DNA of 48,753 nucleotides from Candidatus Gastranaerophilales bacterium (GTDB lineage: Bacteria; Cyanobacteriota; Vampirovibrionia; Gastranaerophilales; Gastranaerophilaceae), in the NCBI GenBank assembly GCA_905236205.1, contig CAJOPF010000121.1, forward strand, positions 1 to 48,753, written 5' to 3'. Below are positions 37,699 to 47,228 of this stretch, one piece after another (the stretch's first letter is position 1; each line of letters begins with the position of its first letter). The notes beneath the pieces were generated by a model that was given only the letters and a program-made list of their open reading frames with translations, was not told the origin of the DNA and did no database searches. The translations under genes and the position numbers were made by a program.

Positions 37699-39231
37699 TT
37701 ATTTAATAGAAAAATCTTTAACTAATAATACTTGGACTTCTCCGGGAGCCAAAATAGCATTTATTCTGTTTCGTTGAATAACAGGTATATCATCAATTTT
37801 AACAGGAGTTATTGATACTTTATCCGTCAGGTGAGGAACTGAAACTTTTACGTTTTGCATATTTGAAAAATCCATATTTCCAATTACTATGACAGCGTTT
37901 TTCTTGTTAGAACGTGCATAGGCAAAAACATTCAGCGAATTTGTTTGCAACGGAACAAAATTTGCTTCTGGCATTATTTGATTCATCATATATTTAAATT
38001 TGTTTGCCAGTATAAAGTTTTGCAGTACATCTCCGTTTGTACCACCGGGTTTTCTTGAAAAATTATATATATCAAGTTTACCGCGTTGTGCAAAATAAAA
38101 ATTATCATCAGTATATGTTTTTGTTGCTTTTTTATTTTCCCAAGGGTACATATAATCGTCACCAGATTGGATTCCGTCTGTGTAATAAGCATTTAACGGT
38201 AATGTCGCATTTAACCAAGACAACATTTTTGCATAAGGTGCGCCATTTGTAAGCATAGGACTTACATTATCGTGTGTTGCAAAACTTCCTATTGTAGATT
38301 TTATAAGTTTGTATTTTGAAATCAATTTTTGATTAAATTTTACGTGAGAATATAATTCTTCTGCTGATTGCCAGTCACTAAAACGTGAATATCCGCCATA
38401 ATAACCGTCAAAACCTGCTTCAAGCAATTTGTCGTAACTTGTGAACGGTATGTTTTTTCCTAATGGTACATCTTTATCTGTTGCTTGTGCTAAAAACAAA
38501 AATTGAGGACTTTTTCCGCGAGTATACGTAATTAGAGCTTCCCAAAAATCGTAAGGTTTCATAGATGCGTTATTTGCAACAATGCCGTCTGTCCCGATTT
38601 CAAGCATCATATCTATAAACTTTTTATATTCATCAAGTAAATCTAAGTTAATTCTGCCGTTTTTTCCCGCTTCTAAAATTCTGGTGTCTGTCCAGTCGGC
38701 AGGAACTATTGGTGCGCCTCCGACATCAGTTGAGAATAGCAGGCTGTGTTTTAAATAAAAATCGTAAGAAGCACATGACGGTAAATCAACAATTACTCTG
38801 ATTTTACGTCTGTGAGCTTCATCTATAAATCTGAGAGCTTGTTCTTTCGGAGATAATTTTGACCTTTTACTTGCAAGTTGAGGATTTATTTCATCAAATC
38901 CGTTTAAAGCATATAATGAGCCTGCTGTACCCATAGCTTTTAATTTACCGACAGGAGTAACAGGCAATAAGTGAATGGTATTAACACCTTGCATAGCCAA
39001 TTCATCAAGTCTGTCTATTGCGTTAATGAAGGTTCCTCTTTGTTCGCCCAAGCGTTCTTCTATTATTCCGTTTTTATTAAAATCTTTAGCATTGAAAGTT
39101 CTTATGTTTACACCTAAAATTACAAGTGAATTTGTTTGAAATTGCGAACGTGTGTCATTTATCCAAACCGTTGCGGCGTATGATTTTAACCCGATAAATA
39201 AAGCAATTGCTAATAATATTATTTTCTTCAT
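37699..39231 (-). CDS. Secreted TIM-barrel glycoside-hydrolase-like protein (distantly alpha-amylase-like)
   Basis: 510 aa with a signal peptide (IILLAIALFIGLKSYA). Some segments recall GH13 blocks (GVNTIHLLPVTP; IRVIVDLPS; GSFATHDN), but the canonical region I/II catalytic signatures are not recognisable by eye. Confidence 0.45.
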   Translation of the reverse strand: MKKIILLAIALFIGLKSYAATVWINDTRSQFQTNSLVILGVNIRTFNAKDFNKNGIIEERLGEQRGTFINAIDRLDELAMQGVNTIHLLPVTPVGKLKAMGTAGSLYALNGFDEINPQLASKRSKLSPKEQALRFIDEAHRRKIRVIVDLPSCASYDFYLKHSLLFSTDVGGAPIVPADWTDTRILEAGKNGRINLDLLDEYKKFIDMMLEIGTDGIVANNASMKPYDFWEALITYTRGKSPQFLFLAQATDKDVPLGKNIPFTSYDKLLEAGFDGYYGGYSRFSDWQSAEELYSHVKFNQKLISKYKLIKSTIGSFATHDNVSPMLTNGAPYAKMLSWLNATLPLNAYYTDGIQSGDDYMYPWENKKATKTYTDDNFYFAQRGKLDIYNFSRKPGGTNGDVLQNFILANKFKYMMNQIMPEANFVPLQTNSLNVFAYARSNKKNAVIVIGNMDFSNMQNVKVSVPHLTDKVSITPVKIDDIPVIQRNRINAILAPGEVQVLLVKDFSIK

Positions 39232-39260
39232 TTTTATTCCCCACTTTTATACATTTTACC

Positions 39261-39312
39261 AAAAAAAGCGGCATGCAACAAATATTTAACATATTGTTGC
39301 ATGCCGCCTTTT
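39261..39312 (-). terminator. Rho-independent terminator after secF
   Basis: Long GC-rich stem GCGGCATGCAACAA / TTGTTGCATGCCGC (39268-39307) followed on the minus strand by U7. It begins about 16 nt after the secF stop. Confidence 0.8.
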
Positions 39313-39323
39313 AATGCTCTAAA

Positions 39324-40289
39324 CTATGCTCTTTTTGGTTGGTTTTGTTTGTCTCTCAAAAAATCAATAAGCATACTTGCGAAGAATATACTTGAATATG
39401 TACCGATAGCGATACCTAATATCATTGCAAGAATAAAATCTTTTGTTGTAACTCCGCCGAAGAAATACAATGCAAAAAGTGTAATTAGTGTTGTTACGGA
39501 TGTATTGATACTTCTTGCCAAAGTTTGGTTAACGCTTGCATCAACAATTTCACCAAATGACATTTTCTTTGCATAGTATCTCAAATTTTCCCGAATACGG
39601 TCAAATACAACAATTGTATCGTGAACAGAAAAACCGATTACGGTTAATAATGCGGTTATAAATAAACCGTCAATTTGAACGTTCAGGAAGTAGCAAAGCA
39701 TTGCAAATATTCCGACAACGAATAAAACGTCGTGAATTAGTGCTAATATCGCTGCGATAGCAAAATCAAACTGAAATCTGAATGATAAATATACTATTAT
39801 ACCAAGACAAGCAAGTGATAATGCTATCAAAGAATTTTTGAATAATTCTTTACCCAATGTAGGACCGACTGACGTTGTTGATATTAGTTCAGAATTGTCA
39901 TAAGCTGATTTTATAACGGAAGTTATTTTGTCAGCAGTTGCAGTATCATCTTCTGCTATAAATTTGGTTCTTACTGCAATTATGTCGCTGTTTGAAGTGT
40001 TTGTAACACCGTCATTAACGTTAATTATTTGCAGTGAAGGATTTTCTACACCGCTTTTTACAAGTTCGGCTCTGATTTTTGTTAAAGAGTCGTTATCAAC
40101 TTTTTTATCCGTCATATATTGCAAAACAGTTCCGCCTGTGTAGTCAATACCGACTTTTAACGGCAAATGTGACGGTGTTGTAATTGATGCGTAAATCATT
40201 GTGATTATTCCAGGAAGTAAGAATAATGCAGAAACACACATCCAAAGCCATCTGTATTTTACAACATGAATTTTTATTTTATTTTCCAT
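39324..40289 (-). CDS. secF: Protein translocase subunit SecF
   Basis: 321 aa, six-TM SecF pattern with GIDYTGG, ALIHDVLFVVG, SVHDTIVVFDRIREN and ARSINTS. It follows secD with an 11-nt gap. Confidence 0.92.
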   Translation of the reverse strand: MENKIKIHVVKYRWLWMCVSALFLLPGIITMIYASITTPSHLPLKVGIDYTGGTVLQYMTDKKVDNDSLTKIRAELVKSGVENPSLQIINVNDGVTNTSNSDIIAVRTKFIAEDDTATADKITSVIKSAYDNSELISTTSVGPTLGKELFKNSLIALSLACLGIIVYLSFRFQFDFAIAAILALIHDVLFVVGIFAMLCYFLNVQIDGLFITALLTVIGFSVHDTIVVFDRIRENLRYYAKKMSFGEIVDASVNQTLARSINTSVTTLITLFALYFFGGVTTKDFILAMILGIAIGTYSSIFFASMLIDFLRDKQNQPKRA

Positions 40290-40300
40290 TTTTCACCTCG

Positions 40301-41602
40301 CTAGTCCAATACACCGAATTTTGCTTTTTCTCGTTTTGTTTCTGATGCTGCATAAGCTGTACCTATTTCATCTTTCTTTAACCCAAACAAGAACGGATAT
40401 TTTAAATCTCCTGTACCAAATATCAAGTGCATAAAGTTTTTAGTAACCGTAATTGCACTAAACATTGAAACCATAACACCGAGTGCAAGTGTCAAGGCAA
40501 AACCTTTAACAATACTTGTTCCTAAACAGTAAAGTATTACACAGGTTATAATTGTTGTCATGTTTGAATCGAAAATACTTGTAAAGGCTCTGTCAAAACC
40601 TGCGTTAATTGCGGTAAACAATGTTCTTCCCGCTCTTAATTCTTCTTTTGTTCTTTCAAAAATCAAAATGTTTGCATCTACTGCCATACCTATTGAAAGT
40701 ATAAAACCTGCAATACCTGCAAGTGTTAACGTTACAGGAACCATTTTGAAAAGCATAAACAAAATTACACTATAAATTACAAGTGCAACATCCGCAATTA
40801 AACCAGGTAGTCTGTAATATCCAATCATAAATAACATTACAATACCTAAACCAACCATGCCTGCAAATTTGGATTTTTCAATACTGTCTGCACCCAATGT
40901 TGCGCCAACGGTATTTTCTTCAATAATTTTTGCAGGGACTGGTAATGCGCCGGCATTCAATAAATCAACCATTTCTTTTGCTTCTTCATATGCAAAACCG
41001 TTATCACCGCCTGAGATTTGAGCTCTGCCGCCGATGATAGCTTCTCTTATTACGGGAGCTGATGTTAATTCTCCGTTAAAGAATATTGCCATAGGTTTGC
41101 CTACAAGTTGTTGCGTTAATTCTGCAAATTTCTTTGTTCCTTTGTCGTTAAATTCTAAGTCTACAACCCATTGACCGCTAGAACTTGTACTTAAATTAGC
41201 TCTGTTTAAATCATTTCCTGTAAGTCCTGTGTCTATCCATTGTCCACTGCCTTCTTTTAATTCTTTTTTAAAGGCTAACTCTGCAGTTTCACCAAGGAAT
41301 TTTTTTGCTTGATTTAAGTCTTTTACTGCCGGTATTTCAACAACAAGTCTTTTCTCTCCTTGTCTTTGAACTACAGTTTCCGCAACCCCCAGTTTATTTA
41401 CACGATTTTCAATTGCAAATTGTAGGCTATCCATCATTTCGGGAGTTATTTTTGCAATTGTAGGGGTCGTTTGTGCTTCAAGAACTAATCTTGAACCTCC
41501 AACTAAGTCTAAACCAAGTTTTGTGGGTTTAATGATAATCATTGCAACAGAAAATATAACCAGTGCTACGATTATCCAAAACAATAAAATTTTGTTTTTC
41601 AT
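40301..41602 (-). CDS. secD: Protein translocase subunit SecD
   Basis: 433 aa with LGLDLVGGSRLVLEA, a periplasmic domain, GIAGFILSIGMAVDANILIFERTKEE and AFTSIFDSNMTT. Confidence 0.92.
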   Translation of the reverse strand: MKNKILLFWIIVALVIFSVAMIIIKPTKLGLDLVGGSRLVLEAQTTPTIAKITPEMMDSLQFAIENRVNKLGVAETVVQRQGEKRLVVEIPAVKDLNQAKKFLGETAELAFKKELKEGSGQWIDTGLTGNDLNRANLSTSSSGQWVVDLEFNDKGTKKFAELTQQLVGKPMAIFFNGELTSAPVIREAIIGGRAQISGGDNGFAYEEAKEMVDLLNAGALPVPAKIIEENTVGATLGADSIEKSKFAGMVGLGIVMLFMIGYYRLPGLIADVALVIYSVILFMLFKMVPVTLTLAGIAGFILSIGMAVDANILIFERTKEELRAGRTLFTAINAGFDRAFTSIFDSNMTTIITCVILYCLGTSIVKGFALTLALGVMVSMFSAITVTKNFMHLIFGTGDLKYPFLFGLKKDEIGTAYAASETKREKAKFGVLD

Positions 41603-41678
41603 TTTCTCTTCCTTATATATTATTTTATTTATAGTATTATTTTAACAAAAAAAATAATTTGATTATTACCAATTTAGG

Positions 41679-42569
41679 CTATAATTTTTCAATTTCATCC
41701 ATTAACGCAAATAATTCTGCTTTTTGTTCGTAATTAAGGATAACAAGCGGAAGTCTTACATAATCCTTTATTATTCCTAACTTTGATAAAGCTGCTTTTA
41801 CAGGTACAGGATTTGGTGCCATAAACAACTTTTTAAATATAGGATATAAAATTAAATGCATGTTTAAGGCTGATTCAACGTGTCCTGTTTTAAAGTCTTC
41901 AATCATTGATTTGATTTCTTCACCGTAAATGTGTGAAGCAACCGAAACAACTCCTTTTGCTCCAAGCGACAGCATTGGAAGTGTCAGACTGTCATCCCCG
42001 CTGTATATGTCAAAGTAATCAGGACAAATATCACGAATTTCAGATACTTTATCCAAATCTGAGCAGCTTTGTTTTATAGCCACAATATTTTTGTGCTTTT
42101 CTGCTAAATATTTTACTGTCTCAGGCAGAATTTCAATACCTGTTCTCGACGGAATGTTATAGAGAATTATCGGAATATTAACAGATTTTGCTATTTCCGA
42201 AAAATGTGCTTTTATTCCTTCTTGTGAAGGTTTATTGTAGTATGGAGCAACGGATAAAACTGCATCTGCTCCTTCTTTTTCTGCAATTTTAGCATATTTT
42301 ACCGCTTCTGTTGTTGAGTTTGAACCTGCGCTCATAATAACTTTTCCGTCATTTTTAACAACACGTTTAACGGTACTCAGCAATTCCACTTCTTCTTCAT
42401 GAGTGAGTGTCGGGCTTTCTCCCGTTGTCCCCGCAACGATTATTGAGTCAGAACCGTTAGATATAAGATGCTCTGCTAATTCTGCTGCTTTGTCATAGTC
42501 AACTTTACCGTCTTTGGTAAATGGTGTAACCATTGCCGTTATTACTTCTCCGGCATCAAAACGTGACAT
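41679..42569 (-). CDS. dapA: 4-hydroxy-tetrahydrodipicolinate synthase
   Basis: ITAMVTPF, VAGTTGESPTLTHEE, YNKP, YNIPSRTG, and Schiff-base lysine context VAIKQS. The start is set at the ATG at 42569, preceded by AAGGAGG. The track start at 42602 has no SD. Confidence 0.92.
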   Translation of the reverse strand: MSRFDAGEVITAMVTPFTKDGKVDYDKAAELAEHLISNGSDSIIVAGTTGESPTLTHEEEVELLSTVKRVVKNDGKVIMSAGSNSTTEAVKYAKIAEKEGADAVLSVAPYYNKPSQEGIKAHFSEIAKSVNIPIILYNIPSRTGIEILPETVKYLAEKHKNIVAIKQSCSDLDKVSEIRDICPDYFDIYSGDDSLTLPMLSLGAKGVVSVASHIYGEEIKSMIEDFKTGHVESALNMHLILYPIFKKLFMAPNPVPVKAALSKLGIIKDYVRLPLVILNYEQKAELFALMDEIEKL

Positions 42570-42666
42570 AAAATTCCTCCTTACTACTCCATTATAGAAC
42601 AAGTATCAAACATGTGAAAAATTAAGTCATAAATTCTTAACAAAACAATATAAATTAAATCAATTC

Positions 42667-43350
42667 ATGTTAAAATTTAGTTATATGAAAAAGAGGTTCT
42701 TTTTATATCTTAGAAAAATAAAGGAAATGAGTCCAAGAAAGAAAGCCTACGCAATTGCTTTTTTGATAATGGCTTTTATATTGCTTTGGGCCTTTTTGAG
42801 TGCTGGTTTTTTGACAAACGGATTTTCGCGCTCAAATATTAAAACCGGTGATGACAGGCAAGAACTTGAAGTTTCAAGTATGATTCTTACAGAAACTAAA
42901 GAAGATACAAAGTTTTGGGAAATATACGGTGAAACAGGTACTTATAACAGTGATGAAAAAGTTGCGTTGTTGAAGAATGTTGTGGGCAATTTCTATAAAG
43001 ACAATGAAGTTGCTATGAGTTTTGAATCTTCTATGGGAACTTATAATGAAGAAAAAAATCAGATAATTTTATATGATAATACCTATGTTGTAATGAAAGA
43101 CGGAGTTTCTTTAAACGCAGATCGTCTTGTTTGGTCAGGTTCGGACAAAGAAATTATTGCAACAGGACATATAAAAGTAAGTAAGAACGGTGAATTTATT
43201 GCAACAGGTGATGAAATAATTATCAATCCTGATTATAGCCACTTTATTTTAAAAGGGGTTATGAATAAATCTGTTTCTAAGATATTTGACAAAGATAACA
43301 GTAATGATAATGATAAAAATAATAAGAAGAAAAAGGGGATATTATTCTAA
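42667..43350 (+). CDS. lptC: LptC-like LPS export protein
   Basis: 227 aa with an N-terminal TM anchor (AIAFLIMAFILLWAFL), then an LptC-like beta-jellyroll pattern (LNADRLVWSGSDKEIIATGHIKVSKNGEFIATGDEIIINP). It lies immediately upstream of an OstA/LptA-like gene. The start is uncertain (ATG at 42667, 42685 or 42727). Confidence 0.6.
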   Translation: MLKFSYMKKRFFLYLRKIKEMSPRKKAYAIAFLIMAFILLWAFLSAGFLTNGFSRSNIKTGDDRQELEVSSMILTETKEDTKFWEIYGETGTYNSDEKVALLKNVVGNFYKDNEVAMSFESSMGTYNEEKNQIILYDNTYVVMKDGVSLNADRLVWSGSDKEIIATGHIKVSKNGEFIATGDEIIINPDYSHFILKGVMNKSVSKIFDKDNSNDNDKNNKKKKGILF

Positions 43351-44312
43351 TGAAAAAATCATTGATTTCTATATTTGTTTTAATCTTTTGTTTTGCGGCA
43401 GTTGTATTTGCCTCTGATTTGGTTATTGAATCAGATACGCAAAGCTATAATGAAAAAGACAGTAAAATTAAATTTGACGGAAATGTTAAAGTTTCTGTTG
43501 ATGATGTTCATGTTGTCGGAGATAAGGCTGATGTAACTGTTAATAAAAAGAATAAACTTGATACGGCAACTTTTTACGATAAACCTTATGCTTATCAGGT
43601 AAATAAAAATAAAAAACGTGAAGTAAAAGCTAATATCTTAAAGTTGTCTCTTATTACAAAGGTTGTAAGGGCAGAAGGAGATGCTCAGGCGATTGTTTCT
43701 GACGGTAAAAAGCCGTTGGTTATGATTACGGCAGATACTCAAGAATATGATATTAAAACCAATGTTTTAACGGCAAGAGGCGGAGTTATTATTAAATATA
43801 AAGATGTTCAGACTTTTTCAGATCTTGCTGTTATAAAAACGGACAAAAACGGAGAGTTAAAGAAAATTGATTTGTACGGTAAAGCTAAAATTAAAGAAAA
43901 TGTAAGCAAAGCTGAGGCAAATCACTTCTCTTACGATGCTGTTAAAGAAGAACTTTTTGCTGAAGGTGAGACAATGACTCACACAAAAACAGACGGTGAT
44001 GTTCCTTTAACTGTTAAATCAAGATATCAACAGTACAACAAAGCTCAAAATGTTTATAATGCAAGTGGTAATGTAAGAGTTTGGTATGACGATTACTATG
44101 CAAAAGGTCCAAAAATGAGTGTATTCCCTGATAAGAAAACAAACAAATTCAACGAAATATACTTTACGGGACGCTCTATGATAAATCAGGAAGATAAAAC
44201 AATATATGCAGATAAAATCAAAATGATACTTAAACCAAAAGATTTCCATGCTGAGGGTAATGTAAAAACGGTTATTCAAAATATTAACAAAGAAAGTGTT
44301 GACGGTATATAA
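43350..44312 (+). CDS. lptA: Elongated LptA/OstA-family periplasmic protein
   Basis: 320 aa with a signal peptide (LISIFVLIFCFAAVVFA). OstA_N-like units recur: IESDTQSYNEKDSKIKFDGNVKV, ITADTQEYDIKTNVLTARGGVII, YQQYNKAQNVYNASGNVRV, IYADKIKMILKPKDFHAEGNVK. TAATG overlap with lptC. Confidence 0.6.
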   Translation: MKKSLISIFVLIFCFAAVVFASDLVIESDTQSYNEKDSKIKFDGNVKVSVDDVHVVGDKADVTVNKKNKLDTATFYDKPYAYQVNKNKKREVKANILKLSLITKVVRAEGDAQAIVSDGKKPLVMITADTQEYDIKTNVLTARGGVIIKYKDVQTFSDLAVIKTDKNGELKKIDLYGKAKIKENVSKAEANHFSYDAVKEELFAEGETMTHTKTDGDVPLTVKSRYQQYNKAQNVYNASGNVRVWYDDYYAKGPKMSVFPDKKTNKFNEIYFTGRSMINQEDKTIYADKIKMILKPKDFHAEGNVKTVIQNINKESVDGI

Positions 44313-45079
44313 TGTCTGAATTGTTGGATAAAGCTCTTGAATTATTTACTGACAAAAAATATAAAGAAGCTATTGATGCATTTCATGTAGTACTTGAAAG
44401 TGAAGATGAAAGTGCTGAAATTTATAACAACATAGGTGTTTCTTATTCCAACTTGGGTGATTACAAAAATGCCGAAGTTTATCTCAACAAAGCTTTAAAA
44501 CTAAATTCTTTATTGCCTCAAATATATTTGAATATGTCAGATGTATATTACAGACAAAAGTTAATTGCCCAAGCCATTGAATGTCTGCGTGCAGGTGAAA
44601 TAGCTCTCCCAGAAAATACTGTAATACCACATTATTTGGCTAGAATTTTGATGGAAGATGCTCAAATGGATTTAGCAATTGATGAATTGGATAAAATTCT
44701 TGAATATGAACCTGAAAATTATGATGCATACTATGATTTAGGCAGAATATATTTTGAAATGGGTAATTGGGAAGGTGCTATTTCCAATTTTGAAAATATT
44801 TTAGAGTTTAAAGACCAAAACGAGCTTATTTATTTTTACTTGGCTCAGGCTTATGAAGCTAATGACGAAATTGATAAAGCTATATCAAATTATTTAAAAT
44901 CTACAGCTGTAAATAATTCTTTTCATCCTGCCTTTAAAAAATTAGGAATGTTATTTATGGCTCGCGGAGATAAAGAGGATGCCTTAGAGTATTTTGAAGA
45001 TTACATTAACTTTGATATTCCTCAGGAAGAAAAGGATTCCATATCAAAATTGATAGACAGAATTAAAACTACTATGTAG
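44312..45079 (+). CDS. TPR-repeat protein
   Basis: 255 aa of TPR-like repeats (AEIYNNIGVSYSNLGDYKNAEVYLNKALKLN, YDAYYDLGRIYFEMGNWEGAISNFENILE). TAATG overlap with the lptA-like gene. Confidence 0.75.
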   Translation: MSELLDKALELFTDKKYKEAIDAFHVVLESEDESAEIYNNIGVSYSNLGDYKNAEVYLNKALKLNSLLPQIYLNMSDVYYRQKLIAQAIECLRAGEIALPENTVIPHYLARILMEDAQMDLAIDELDKILEYEPENYDAYYDLGRIYFEMGNWEGAISNFENILEFKDQNELIYFYLAQAYEANDEIDKAISNYLKSTAVNNSFHPAFKKLGMLFMARGDKEDALEYFEDYINFDIPQEEKDSISKLIDRIKTTM

Positions 45080-45177
45080 CATATAATATTGTTACTTGTA
45101 AAAAATTTTTATTTATGTTTTAATTGTGTTACTGAAGGTCTTGACCTTCTAGTCTAAATGAAAGCAGGACAATTTAT

Positions 45178-46050
45178 TTGTCAAAGAATGTAAAATTAGC
45201 AAAGTTTGCAGGTTTTTGTTACGGGGTTAAACGCGCAGTTGAGACTGTGAAAAAATTAAAAATGGAAAATCCCGACAAAAATATCTATGTTCTCGGCGAA
45301 CTTATTCATAATTCTCAAGTAATTAACGAACTTGAGGAATTGGGTATTAAGACTATTGATGTGTTGCCTGAAAATGAAACTGGTATATGTGTTATAAGGA
45401 GTCATGGAGCTTCTCCTCAGGTTATTGATGAAATTAAAAATCGAGGTTTTGAACTTGTTGATTTGACTTGTCCTGACGTTAAGAAAGTTCAGCAACAAGC
45501 TATTCAGCTGGCAAAAGAGGGTGATTTTGTTATAATTGTCGGCAAAGCTGAACATCCGGAAGTTGTTGCGATTAAGGCAAATGCAGAGCTATATACTGAT
45601 AAAATTATTGTCGCAAGTGATATATCACAAATTGAAGAACACAGAGAAAAAATTCAGTCTCATAAAAAAGTTGGAGTGGTTATTCAAACAACTCAAAGGC
45701 TTGAAACTTTGCAATCAATTTTGACCTATTTAACGACTTTTGTAAAAGAAATTCATTTGGTTAACACAATATGTCAGAGTACAACAATGCGTCAAAATGA
45801 AGCAAAAGAATTAGCCTTAAGCAGCGATTTAGTTATTGTTGCAGGCTCTAAAAAAAGTGCAAATACAACACATTTAGCTGAAATTTTGCAAAATATAACA
45901 AAAACAATTCATATAGAAACAGATAAAGAATTGGATAAATATGAAAGTTTAATCTCAAAAGCTAATAATATTGCAGTTACTGCGGGGGCATCAACTCCGC
46001 AAAATATAATCGATAACGTATGTAAAAAAATAGAAGGAGGTCAGGAATGA
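45178..46050 (+). CDS. ispH: 4-hydroxy-3-methylbut-2-enyl diphosphate reductase
   Basis: 290 aa with the three Fe-S cysteine contexts GFCYGVKRAV, DLTCPDVKKV and NTICQSTTMRQ, plus RSHGASP and SANTTHL. TTG start is preceded by AGGA. Confidence 0.93.
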   Translation: MSKNVKLAKFAGFCYGVKRAVETVKKLKMENPDKNIYVLGELIHNSQVINELEELGIKTIDVLPENETGICVIRSHGASPQVIDEIKNRGFELVDLTCPDVKKVQQQAIQLAKEGDFVIIVGKAEHPEVVAIKANAELYTDKIIVASDISQIEEHREKIQSHKKVGVVIQTTQRLETLQSILTYLTTFVKEIHLVNTICQSTTMRQNEAKELALSSDLVIVAGSKKSANTTHLAEILQNITKTIHIETDKELDKYESLISKANNIAVTAGASTPQNIIDNVCKKIEGGQE

Positions 46051-47105
46051 CAAAAACAGATTTAGATGAATTTGAAGCTCTTTTAGAGGGTACACTTTCA
46101 AAAACTTATACGGTTGCTGATATCGTTGAAGGTACTGTATTAAAGAAAGAAAACACAGGTTATTTGGTAAGTGTTAAAGGTGCAAAGACAGAAGCCTTTT
46201 TACCAGAAAAAGAAGTTTCAAACAATGATGAAACACCTGAAGAATTACAAATAGGTGATGTAAGAGAATTTTATGTATTAAAAGAAGAAAGTGATGATGA
46301 CTGTATGCAACTATCATTAAAACGTATTGCATACGCACAAGCTTGGGCTCAATTGAATGATGCTAAAAACGTTGGAGATACTATTCTTGCAAAAGTTATT
46401 TCTATCGTTAAAGGCGGCGTGCTTGTAGATGTAGCTGATTTAAAAGGTTTCATCCCTTCAAGTCAATTAAGAACAGGAACTCCGTTTGAAGGTCTTGTTG
46501 ATACAAAAATTGAAGTTAAAGTTCTTGAAGCTGATCCTAAGAAAAACAAATTGATTCTTTCTCAAAGACAAGCTGTTGCAGAACAAAGAAACCAAGTTGT
46601 TGATGATGTTATTTCAAAATTGGAAGAAGACATGGTTGTTAAAGGTAATGTCGTAAGAATAACAGATTTTGGTGCATTTGTTGATATAAGCGGTATTGAC
46701 GGCTTATTACCTATTTCTGAAATTTCTTGGCAAAGAATTAAACATCCGTCAGATGTTCTTGCTTTAGGAGATAATATCGAAGTTAAAATTATTAAAATCG
46801 ATAATGAATTAAAAAGAATCAGCTTGAGCTTGAAAAGAATGACAGAAAATCCTTGGCAACAAATCGAAGGACAATTTGAAGAAGGTCAAGTTGTTAAAGG
46901 TACAGTAAATAAAGTTGCAACCTTCGGTGCATTTATCAATATTTTCCCTGGCGTTGAAGCTTTATTACCTGTTGCTGAAATGAATGGCGAAAATCCAAAT
47001 CCGTTCAACTTATACAAAGTCGGCGACGAAATTGAGGTCTTAATTAAGAAATTTACTCCTCAAGAACACAGAATCGCTCTTAGCGTTAAAGATATTGAAA
47101 AATAG
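46047..47105 (+). CDS. rpsA: 30S ribosomal protein S1 (four S1 domains)
   Basis: 352 aa with four OB-fold S1 repeats (G.V.G.V....GG.LV/FVD..G..GL/FIP.SE pattern). GGAGG SD lies inside the ispH 3' end, and ATGA overlaps the ispH stop. Confidence 0.9.
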   Translation: MTKTDLDEFEALLEGTLSKTYTVADIVEGTVLKKENTGYLVSVKGAKTEAFLPEKEVSNNDETPEELQIGDVREFYVLKEESDDDCMQLSLKRIAYAQAWAQLNDAKNVGDTILAKVISIVKGGVLVDVADLKGFIPSSQLRTGTPFEGLVDTKIEVKVLEADPKKNKLILSQRQAVAEQRNQVVDDVISKLEEDMVVKGNVVRITDFGAFVDISGIDGLLPISEISWQRIKHPSDVLALGDNIEVKIIKIDNELKRISLSLKRMTENPWQQIEGQFEEGQVVKGTVNKVATFGAFINIFPGVEALLPVAEMNGENPNPFNLYKVGDEIEVLIKKFTPQEHRIALSVKDIEK

Positions 47106-47122
47106 TTAACGTTAATTATTTT

Positions 47123-47168
47123 AAAAAGCGTATATTGTGAAGATATATTTACAATGTACGCTTTTTTA
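47123..47168 (+). terminator. Rho-independent terminator after rpsA
   Basis: 12-bp stem AGCGTATATTGT (47127-47138) / ACAATGTACGCT (47151-47162) with one G:U pair, followed by T6. Confidence 0.65.
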
Positions 47169-47228
47169 GTGAAAAATATAACAAAATGTGGAATATTACA
47201 AGTGTAGCAGCTTATATGAGTTACCCCT

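Noticed and set aside
39301-39576. 91-aa plus-strand ORF starting inside the secF terminator hairpin.
   Set aside because: It is antisense to the well-supported secF 3' region, and its start codon lies within the terminator stem.
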